This document shows, in pieces, positions 9,071 through 15,593 of a DNA stretch of 20,000 nt (positions within the stretch are counted from its first letter, which is position 1; the number at the start of each line of letters is the position of its first letter). The notes beneath the pieces were generated by a model. That model did no database searches. It was given only the letters and a program-made list of their open reading frames with translations, and was not told where the DNA came from. Position numbers and translations under genes: made by a program. Origin of the DNA: an uncultured virus (IMG/VR IMGVR_UViG_3300034062_003925) (taxonomy: Duplodnaviria > Heunggongvirae > Uroviricota > Caudoviricetes). The DNA lies in the IMG/VR virus record IMGVR_UViG_3300034062_003925, positions 54,967 to 74,966 of that record. The stretch is one strand, 5' to 3'.

Positions 9071-9234
9071 ATGCGTTAGTAGTTGGAAGAGACTCTCAAA
9101 TTAAAGGGTTATACACCTGAAAGACGGTTCAGCGGAAAGCATGACTAGTTGGAAGAGACTCTCAAATTAAAGGGTTATACACCACGCTTCGCAATTCGCT
9201 CCATTACATCCAGTTGGAGGATACTCTCAAATTA
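9016..9234 (+). CRISPR. CRISPR-like mini-array 1: three perfect 36-nt repeats, one degenerate truncated repeat, three spacers
   Basis: GTTGGAAGAGACTCTCAAATTAAAGGGTTATACACC at 9016-9051, 9082-9117, 9148-9183; partial copy 9213-9234 with 2 mismatches; unique spacers of 30, 30 and 29 nt. Confidence 0.85.
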
Positions 9235-9573
9235 GTATAGAATCTTATCCCCCTCTTTAATACTTAATTCCCCGCAAGTACCGCCTCTAAGTTCTAAAAT
9301 AGTATCTCCTGTTCCGACATAACTAGGACAGTCTTCCGATTTACATGGAGGACAACTATGGTGTATTTTAGTTATTGTATTACCGTCAATAAAAATAATA
9401 TCCAATGGGATAATACAATCCTTCATCCAAAAACCGTGAGGACCTTTGTCCATTAGAAATAACATACCATTAAAGTTAGAATCAAAGTCACGACCCATCA
9501 TACCCTTTTGAGTATCTTTTTGAGTCATCATTACCATCACTTTAAATTTGTTATCGTTGATTTTTAATATCAT
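9232..9573 (-). CDS. DUF192 family protein
   Basis: KGMMGR...GMLF...FWMKDCIIPLDIIFID...CP.Y...LELRGG signature. Confidence 0.9.
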   Translation of the reverse strand: MILKINDNKFKVMVMMTQKDTQKGMMGRDFDSNFNGMLFLMDKGPHGFWMKDCIIPLDIIFIDGNTITKIHHSCPPCKSEDCPSYVGTGDTILELRGGTCGELSIKEGDKILY

Positions 9574-9661
9574 ATTTATAAATATCTTTTTCTTTTTAAA
9601 AAATTTGTTATATTTATAACCTAAATAGTCCCAACGACCCCTTTCTTAGTTGGTTAATATT

Positions 9662-9698
9662 AAACCCTGGTGAATGTAAAAATTTGTTAGGGTTTTTT
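9662..9698 (+). terminator. Hairpin plus T-run (terminator-like)
   Basis: AAACCCTGGTGAAT-GTAAAA-ATTTGTTAGGGTTT with G-U pairs, then T-run. Confidence 0.55.
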
Positions 9699-9723
9699 GT
9701 TTTTTATATTTATCTTTGTGTTT

Positions 9724-10149
9724 ATGAAGATAAAAGTTCGTATTGAGAATAAAAAAGTTAAGTTTGAGTATTTTATTGAGGAAACATTCTTGGCGGGTAT
9801 TAAATTGACTGGTGTTGAGGTTAAGAGAATCCGAGAAGGGAAAGTCTCTATGACTGACTCGTTCTGTTATTTTAATAATGGGGAGTTATATATGAAAGGG
9901 GTTCTTATCCAAGGAATTGGGAATGATAATATTGCTACCGATAAAAAATTGTTATTGAAGAAAAAACAATTAAGAAAACTTGAATCAGAGTTGGTTAAGG
10001 GATATACAATCATTCCTCATGTATTATATGAGAATGACAGGGGATTATTGAAGGTTGATATTGTGTTGGCTAAAGGTAAAAAACTATGGGATAAAAGAAA
10101 TTCTATTAAATTACGAGATTTAGATAGGGAATCCAAACAATCTATATAA
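9724..10149 (+). CDS. smpB: SsrA-binding protein SmpB
   Basis: NKK..FEYFIEETF.AGI.LTG.EVK.IR.GK, KLLL.K, KGYTIIP, AKGKK.WDKR..IK.RD; ATG at 9724 preferred to the track's TTG 9697. Confidence 0.93.
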   Translation: MKIKVRIENKKVKFEYFIEETFLAGIKLTGVEVKRIREGKVSMTDSFCYFNNGELYMKGVLIQGIGNDNIATDKKLLLKKKQLRKLESELVKGYTIIPHVLYENDRGLLKVDIVLAKGKKLWDKRNSIKLRDLDRESKQSI

Positions 10150-10167
10150 TAAAGAATTAAAGATAAA

Positions 10168-10476
10168 ATGATTAAAAATAAATTAGATAAGGTCGTGATA
10201 ACATGGCTTAACGATAAATTTGGTAATTTAAAACCAATAGTTAAGGGTGATAGAACAATTTATGTTAATGAAGATAGATTACCATTATTTTATTATTATC
10301 AGGATAAAAAAAATGGGTATGTTTATATAAATTACAATGAAATTTGGTCGTTTTTAAAATCCTTTTTTGGGTTGGAATATGAACAAATGAAGGGTATTAT
10401 AACATACTGGTTGGAAGAGACCTATAATTTAAAGGGTCTAACACCTTTTTCAAATAATAACCTGCGTTCTTTATAG
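10168..10476 (+). CDS. Array-linked small protein B (paralog of 8756-9070)
   Basis: 102 aa; C-terminus LEETYNLKGLTP-FSNNNLRSL* encoded by repeat and spacer; the stop TAG uses the first G of repeat 2. Confidence 0.85.
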   Translation: MIKNKLDKVVITWLNDKFGNLKPIVKGDRTIYVNEDRLPLFYYYQDKKNGYVYINYNEIWSFLKSFFGLEYEQMKGIITYWLEETYNLKGLTPFSNNNLRSL

Positions 10477-10511
10477 TTGGAAGAGACCTATAATTTGAAG
10501 GGTCTAACACC
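10410..10511 (+). CRISPR. CRISPR-like mini-array 2: two 36-nt repeats, one 30-nt spacer
   Basis: GTTGGAAGAGACCTATAATTT(A/G)AAGGGTCTAACACC at 10410-10445 and 10476-10511; spacer 10446-10475; first repeat 28/36 identical to the array-1 repeat. Confidence 0.75.
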
Positions 10512-10533
10512 GGATATTTAGTCTTTAAATAAA

Positions 10534-10565
10534 TTTGGCCAATTAAAATAATGTGCTTATATTTG
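10534..10565 (+). promoter_or_regulatory. Bacteroidota sigma70-type promoter (-33/-7)
   Basis: TTTG 10534-10537, 20-nt gap, TATATTTG 10558-10565. Confidence 0.75.
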
Positions 10566-10590
10566 TAAAACAAACACAAAAACTTCTACC

Positions 10591-11361
10591 ATGACCCTAA
10601 AAGAACACCAACAAAAACACATCAAAGACAATATCGCCTCAGCTCAAAAAACTGCGGATAATTTCAAATCTGAACAGACAAAAATTGAGTCTGAGTGGGA
10701 TAGGTACTTCAAAGAAATTCAAAAACATTCCGATAAATTTGAGTTGGTTAAAACTCAGAATATTCAAACTTGGCCTGTAAATGTTTATAAATTAGACTCT
10801 CAAGGTAACCGTATTGGTTATAACCAAGTTAAAATTGGGGAAATTTCCGAGAACTATAACAGTTCTAAAATTGTTTACAAGGGTGAACTACCTGAAGGTG
10901 AGTCTAACAATCGTATTACTGTTTATGTTGAAGAGCACACAACAACTCCAAGGGGTGGTTGGAGAAGTAAGAGTCATGGTTATAAGTTAAGAGTTAAAGT
11001 TGGTAGTGATGATACTAAGACCTATTACAAAACAGGTAAACCTGTTGTAACAATTGTTGAGGACTACGTTAAAGGAATGTGGGATGTTCATAACCGAAGA
11101 ATTAAAGATAACGAAGTTCGTATGAGCGCCTTCGGTGAAGCGTTCAAACGTTACAGAAATTCTGACATTGATTTTGGTGGTAACAAAGTTAATAATATTA
11201 ACACTACAAGAAACCAAATCGTGGTAAAAAATCCTAACGGAAGTGCGGTTATCCTTAACTACGCAGAGGTTGATGGTAAAATCGTGTTCACTATCTCTCA
11301 AGTATCTATGGGAGGAAATAGTGCTGATTCTGTTATCGAGGCATTAGGAAATATGAAATAG
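10591..11361 (+). CDS. Hypothetical protein
   Basis: 256-aa ORF after a host-type promoter and A-rich leader. Confidence 0.85.
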   Translation: MTLKEHQQKHIKDNIASAQKTADNFKSEQTKIESEWDRYFKEIQKHSDKFELVKTQNIQTWPVNVYKLDSQGNRIGYNQVKIGEISENYNSSKIVYKGELPEGESNNRITVYVEEHTTTPRGGWRSKSHGYKLRVKVGSDDTKTYYKTGKPVVTIVEDYVKGMWDVHNRRIKDNEVRMSAFGEAFKRYRNSDIDFGGNKVNNINTTRNQIVVKNPNGSAVILNYAEVDGKIVFTISQVSMGGNSADSVIEALGNMK

Positions 11362-11394
11362 TTTTTGTAAATTTGTAGAATAAATCAAATAGAT

Positions 11395-11670
11395 ATGACA
11401 ACTTCAACATACAACATCAGAATTGAGAACGAGAAATTCGGTAAATTGGTTGACGAAACATTCGTGGATGGAACACAGTTCAAATTGTTCCTTAAAATAA
11501 TCCACGGATGTTTGGAACTGAAGAACGACTTAACATTCTTCAATGGGGTGGACTTCTTAGTACACATACCATTCAAACACTTGGTTGATTCAATCGTATT
11601 AACATCGGTAGACAGTTATGGTTTGGCTGACCACATGAAAAGTAAAGTAGAAGCATTAGTAACAAAATAA
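11395..11670 (+). CDS. Hypothetical protein
   Basis: 91-aa ORF; TAAATTTG -7 element at 11368-11375. Confidence 0.8.
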   Translation: MTTSTYNIRIENEKFGKLVDETFVDGTQFKLFLKIIHGCLELKNDLTFFNGVDFLVHIPFKHLVDSIVLTSVDSYGLADHMKSKVEALVTK

Positions 11671-11682
11671 AAATAAACAATT

Positions 11683-11916
11683 ATGGGATTTCTTATATTT
11701 TTAGCGGTAATTTTATACATCTTATTTAAAACTTGGAAACAAGTTGTTAAGTTGATTTTCATAGGACTTATTCTTATGTTTGCCTTTACGGTGATTAAGT
11801 TGAAAGAGGGTTATGATTATTTATCAAAACCAACTCAAACCGAACATATTGTTGAAAACCAATCAAATGTTGATAGCGTCATTACAAATGATAATGCAAG
11901 TCTTATTTCTGAATAG
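11683..11916 (+). CDS. Small membrane protein
   Basis: 77 aa with two N-terminal hydrophobic stretches. Confidence 0.75.
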   Translation: MGFLIFLAVILYILFKTWKQVVKLIFIGLILMFAFTVIKLKEGYDYLSKPTQTEHIVENQSNVDSVITNDNASLISE

Positions 11917-11976
11917 TTTTGTTTCCTTGTTTAGAAAAATAAGGTGGTGGATTCGCTGAATTATCGGCCCCAAATT

Positions 11977-12004
11977 AAGGAGATGAGAAATCGTCTCCTT
12001 TTTT
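11977..12004 (+). terminator. Intrinsic terminator
   Basis: AAGGAGATGA-GAAA-TCGTCTCCTT then T-run. Confidence 0.8.
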
Positions 12005-12039
12005 ATGTTACTGTTGTATATTTATAGATAAAGACTAAC

Positions 12040-12357
12040 ATGAAAAATATTATTATATCGGAAAAACAATTGGAAAAATTAACTAACCGAGTTAAAAATT
12101 CCTTGACTGAAAATCAAGAAGAGGGGTCTTACATGTCAAAGCAACAGTTGTTCACCATTGCGACATTAGCTTATAAGATGTGGGAAGAAATGGAAGACGG
12201 AGAACAACTTGAAGACTGGCAGGAAACTAAGATAGCCCAAGCGGAACAAAGTATTACATCTGTGGTTCAATCATTTATGTATGATGAGTTTACCAGTAAA
12301 GAATCTAATGATGGTATGGGAAAATTAAACTTTGATGATTTAATTATTGGTAAGTAA
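12040..12357 (+). CDS. Hypothetical protein with N-terminal IISEKQL motif
   Basis: 105-aa ORF, TATTTAT at 12019-12025, own terminator. Confidence 0.85.
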   Translation: MKNIIISEKQLEKLTNRVKNSLTENQEEGSYMSKQQLFTIATLAYKMWEEMEDGEQLEDWQETKIAQAEQSITSVVQSFMYDEFTSKESNDGMGKLNFDDLIIGK

Positions 12358-12377
12358 TTTATTAAAAATATCTTATT

Positions 12378-12406
12378 AAGACCCCTCCAACAAAGAGGGG
12401 TTTTTT
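12378..12406 (+). terminator. Intrinsic terminator
   Basis: ACCCCTC-CAACAAA-GAGGGGT then T-run. Confidence 0.8.
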
Positions 12407-12485
12407 ATGTTTTAAAGTTTGGATTAAAAATAAAAAAATGGAGAATTATTTTTATTCCCCAATTTTTTTATTATCTTTGTATTAT

Positions 12486-12614
12486 AGTCAGGTGGCGAGT
12501 TGGAACACGCACCGAAACATTGACGTAAAAACTTTCTGACAGAAGTACAACGGAGTATCTGCTTTATCAATGTGCTGATGGATACTATCACAGGTTCAAG
12601 TCCTGTCCTGACTA
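12486..12614 (+). ncRNA. tRNA-like RNA 1 (129 nt, long insert in place of the anticodon arm)
   Basis: Acceptor AGTCAGG/CCTGACT+A, D-arm GCG..TGG..CGC, T-arm ACAGG-TTCAAGT-CCTGT; -7 element TATCTTTG at 12472-12479 directly upstream. Confidence 0.7.
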
Positions 12615-12648
12615 CTAAAAAAATAAAAGTATAAATGAAAAATATATC

Positions 12649-12882
12649 ATGAAAAAAACACCAATAACCACATTTAGAGATTGGTTCGCAACTGAATCAA
12701 ACGCTGCAAAAACATTAACTGATAAGAATATTCAAGAAATCAACGAGAAGCTTGAGCAATTGCTTTCCGTGGAGAAAGAACTTTTAGAGGAATTTCATAG
12801 GGAAGGAATTAGTTTTGTAAAGTATGGTAAAAAGTGGGGTAATGTTAGCACAGATGATATTTATGATGAATACTTTAAATAG
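12649..12882 (+). CDS. Hypothetical protein
   Basis: 77-aa ORF with A-rich leader. Confidence 0.75.
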   Translation: MKKTPITTFRDWFATESNAAKTLTDKNIQEINEKLEQLLSVEKELLEEFHREGISFVKYGKKWGNVSTDDIYDEYFK

Positions 12883-12888
12883 AATAAC

Positions 12889-13161
12889 ATGGCAGGAAAA
12901 ATAGTGAAATTCAAGTTAGGCGGTATAACTGTGAAAGGGGTATTTCGTCACAAATGGGACTCACCGGGAGACTTATACACTACAGTTCATGAGTATAAGG
13001 TTAAGAAACTTGGCATATTCTTTAGAAAAGATATGTGTCTTCGTATAGGTAGTGGAAATCTAAAATATAGTCTATATCCCTCTTTCATGTTAGGACTAAA
13101 TCTAATATGGGCTAAATGTTGGATAGAAATTAATCACAATATTCATCACTCAGAAGTGTAA
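12889..13161 (+). CDS. Hypothetical protein
   Basis: 90-aa ORF starting 6 nt after the previous stop. Confidence 0.7.
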   Translation: MAGKIVKFKLGGITVKGVFRHKWDSPGDLYTTVHEYKVKKLGIFFRKDMCLRIGSGNLKYSLYPSFMLGLNLIWAKCWIEINHNIHHSEV

Positions 13162-13165
13162 AGAA

Positions 13166-13197
13166 TTTGGAAATACGAAATAAAGTTCGTATATTTG
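13166..13197 (+). promoter_or_regulatory. Bacteroidota sigma70-type promoter (-33/-7) upstream of tRNA-like RNAs 2 and 3
   Basis: TTTG 13166-13169, 20-nt gap, TATATTTG 13190-13197. Confidence 0.75.
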
Positions 13198-13226
13198 TTA
13201 TAAGATAAAACACAGAAGGAAAATAT

Positions 13227-13332
13227 AGTCAGGTGGCGTAGTGGTAACGTATCACCATCAAGGTTGAGATAACAGCTAATGGCACTCTGTATGACAAAGA
13301 AGTTACAGGTTCGATTCCTGTCCTGACTACCA
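13227..13332 (+). ncRNA. tRNA-like RNA 2 (106 nt, encoded CCA, non-canonical centre)
   Basis: AGTCAGG/CCTGACT-A-CCA; D-loop TAGTGGTAA; T-arm ACAGG-TTCGATT-CCTGT; no canonical 5-bp/7-nt anticodon arm found. Confidence 0.7.
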
Positions 13333-13409
13333 TCACAAGTAGAACTAATGGCCGTGTAAAGGTGCCACTACCTAGAAATTTAGTTGACAGTTTGGAAAGA
13401 CAAGTAAAT

Positions 13410-13482
13410 AGTCAGGTGGCGAAATTGGTTAAACGCTTTGAGCGATTGCTCTATTGTATAGGTTCGAATCCTGTCCTGACTA
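13410..13482 (+). ncRNA. tRNA-like RNA 3 (73 nt, 4-nt loop at anticodon position)
   Basis: AGTCAGG/CCTGACT+A; D-arm GCG-AAATTGGTTAAA-CGC; GAGC-GATT-GCTC hairpin; T-arm ATAGG-TTCGAAT-CCTGT. Confidence 0.7.
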
Positions 13483-13504
13483 CAAATAAATAAAAATAAA
13501 TAAT

Positions 13505-13759
13505 ATGTTAAAAATCGAAGACAAACCAAATTACTTTCTTATAGTAACTCCTGGAGTATATGATGGTCATGAGTTCAATATCCTTGATACTGATAAAGGG
13601 TTATATGTTATGTTCACAGACTACTACGAGAAAGACTCACAATCATTCAACGATATTCAGGATGAAATTAAAAAACAATACCTAAATACTAAGATAGTAG
13701 GGGTCAATTTAGGTTCTAAGTTCTATATTGAGGATGAACCAGCAAAATACGGAATATAA
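13505..13759 (+). CDS. Hypothetical protein
   Basis: 84-aa ORF, TAATG overlap with the next gene. Confidence 0.75.
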   Translation: MLKIEDKPNYFLIVTPGVYDGHEFNILDTDKGLYVMFTDYYEKDSQSFNDIQDEIKKQYLNTKIVGVNLGSKFYIEDEPAKYGI

Positions 13760-14055
13760 TGTTAAACAAGAAATTTAGATTTTTAGATGCTCGTACTAGT
13801 GTTGGTGAGTTGGTAAAGGAGTCAGCAGTTAATTTCATGTATGGATTTATTGCTAATACAATTACCGTGTTTATAATTATGAAATATGATATTGCAGTGT
13901 TGATTAATTTTCTAATATACTATATGTTTGTGAGTATAGTTATTAACCGAGACAAGTATGAAACCCGAGTAGGAAAATACATGATATTTCCAGCGGCAGC
14001 CGCATTGGGAGCATTTGTTGGATACAAATTAGCGTTTATTTTATCGTTAAAATAA
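13759..14055 (+). CDS. Small membrane protein (about 3 TM segments)
   Basis: 98 aa with three hydrophobic stretches. Confidence 0.75.
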   Translation: MLNKKFRFLDARTSVGELVKESAVNFMYGFIANTITVFIIMKYDIAVLINFLIYYMFVSIVINRDKYETRVGKYMIFPAAAALGAFVGYKLAFILSLK

Positions 14056-14114
14056 TCTATTAATATTTATGGTTAAATAATTCGATACATTAAAATAAAA
14101 TTAAAACAAAAACA

Positions 14115-15551
14115 ATGAAGTTATTTAAAATTCTGGTCCTAATGACCATCCCATTTCTATCAATGGGTCAATCAACAATATTCACAGAAAACTGTGGTAA
14201 TCCATCGTCAACAACATCAGTCTCATCCTTCACTGGATGGCAAAATTATGGGGTGTTATCCTACACTGGAACTGCAGACGTTAGAACTACTTTACCATCA
14301 TCTGTGTATGTTGGAGCTAGTGGGCAAGGAAATACATTTATAACAAATACTGTAGGCACAAACGTAACATTTGGAACAATTAACACTACCAACTACACTT
14401 CACTATCGTTGAGTTTAGGTATTTTAAAGACGACAACGGCATCTAATGGTTCTAACTTAAAAATAGAAGTTAGTACTGATGGTGTAACATACGACACACT
14501 ATCATTTACATTATCAACAGGGGCGGGAACCGCCAATACATGGTCTCGCATAACACCAACAGGAACTATTCCTGCAACTGCTAACTTAAGAATTAGGTTT
14601 AGAATGAACACAAATACAGTTGGTTTGCAGTTTAGAATTGATGATATTAAATTAACAGGGTGTTTAATCCCAAGTTCTCCTACTCCAACTTACACTTCAC
14701 CTACTTGTTTATCTACAGTAGCCACTTTTCCGGCCAATTCGTATTTACAATCGTCAGCGGTTGGGGTAAGTACTTCTTTACCATCACCCCAAACCATATC
14801 AACAACAGATACTCAATACTTAAGAACGGTATCAACGGTTGTTGGTTGTACTGGTGTTTGGTCAACTCCAACTACATTTAACGTCACTATTCGCTCAAAC
14901 CCAACCATTACTACTAATCCAATAGATACAACCGCAATTGATGGGTCAACTGTAAGATTTATATCTTCATCTCCAAATAACCATATATGGCAATATTCAT
15001 CCGATTCAGGAATTAGTTGGAGTAACGTAGATACTATTTCACGAGATACTTTAACTATTAGTCCTATCTCCTATAGTATGAATGGATTTAGATATAGAAT
15101 CCAAGCATCAAACTCACCTTGTAGTCCAATAACATCTACATCTGCTAGATTAAACGTATTACCAAACACATTACCTGTGAAGTGGTTGTATTTTAATGGT
15201 GTGTCAATAGATAATATCAATCATTTAAAATGGGTAACTGCGACCGAAGTGGATAATTGGAAATTTGAAATACAACGTTCATTAAATGGAGAGGAATGGG
15301 GTGTAGTAGGATATGTCTTAGGACATGGAACAAGTTCTTTCCAAAACACCTATGTATTTTATGATAAATATGAATACCCTAATATAACTAACATATATTA
15401 TAGATTAAAACAAATCGATTTTAATAATAATTTTGATTATTCGGATATTATATCGATTGACCATCTTTCGTTAGATAATGGAACTACAAAATATTTTGAT
15501 TTATTGGGAAGAGTGGTTAAACAAAATTCGTTATTCATATTAACAAAATAA
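14115..15551 (+). CDS. Secreted Thr/Ser-rich beta-sandwich/Ig-like protein of Bacteroidota T9SS-cargo type, with truncated C-terminal sorting-like domain
   Basis: Signal peptide MKLFKILVLMTIPFLSMGQ; FRIDDIKLTG; Ig-like PTITTNP..WQYS.D.G..W..NGFRYR; LPVKWLYF...LKW.TATE..N..FEIQRS.NG..W...YYRLKQIDF...YS; tail YFDLLGR. Confidence 0.85.
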   Translation: MKLFKILVLMTIPFLSMGQSTIFTENCGNPSSTTSVSSFTGWQNYGVLSYTGTADVRTTLPSSVYVGASGQGNTFITNTVGTNVTFGTINTTNYTSLSLSLGILKTTTASNGSNLKIEVSTDGVTYDTLSFTLSTGAGTANTWSRITPTGTIPATANLRIRFRMNTNTVGLQFRIDDIKLTGCLIPSSPTPTYTSPTCLSTVATFPANSYLQSSAVGVSTSLPSPQTISTTDTQYLRTVSTVVGCTGVWSTPTTFNVTIRSNPTITTNPIDTTAIDGSTVRFISSSPNNHIWQYSSDSGISWSNVDTISRDTLTISPISYSMNGFRYRIQASNSPCSPITSTSARLNVLPNTLPVKWLYFNGVSIDNINHLKWVTATEVDNWKFEIQRSLNGEEWGVVGYVLGHGTSSFQNTYVFYDKYEYPNITNIYYRLKQIDFNNNFDYSDIISIDHLSLDNGTTKYFDLLGRVVKQNSLFILTK

Positions 15552-15559
15552 AATTAACT

Positions 15560-15591
15560 AAATCCCCATCCTAAATAAGGTGGGGATTTTT
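15560..15591 (+). terminator. Intrinsic terminator
   Basis: AAATCCCCATC...GGTGGGGATTT then T-run. Confidence 0.75.
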
Positions 15592-15593
15592 AT

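Noticed and set aside
9016..10511. Stop-codon reassignment (TAG read-through) making the arrays part of longer repeat proteins
   Set aside because: Genes are intact and dense under the standard code, TAG ends ordinary genes (11361, 11916, 12882), and gene A stops at TGA before the first TAG.
8756..10511. Diversity-generating retroelement template/variable repeat pair
   Set aside because: No reverse transcriptase in the window, differences between paralogs are not adenine-specific, and the spacers are unrelated sequences rather than mutated copies.
10397..10579. Minus-strand 60-aa ORF with repeated VLDP.NYRSLPT peptide
   Set aside because: It is the antisense reading of array 2; the repeated peptide simply reflects the 66-nt period.
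6191..11361. A cas effector or adaptation gene next to the arrays
   Set aside because: Neighbours are DHH, DUF192, SmpB and short hypotheticals; no Cas13-sized ORF and no recognisable Cas1, Cas2, RuvC or paired HEPN architecture. A remote homolog cannot be excluded without profile searches.
12486..13482. Calling these canonical tRNAs (e.g. Ile-GAT for copy 3) or tmRNA
   Set aside because: No 7-nt anticodon loop with U33; no G3-U70 pair and far too short for a tag-encoding tmRNA.
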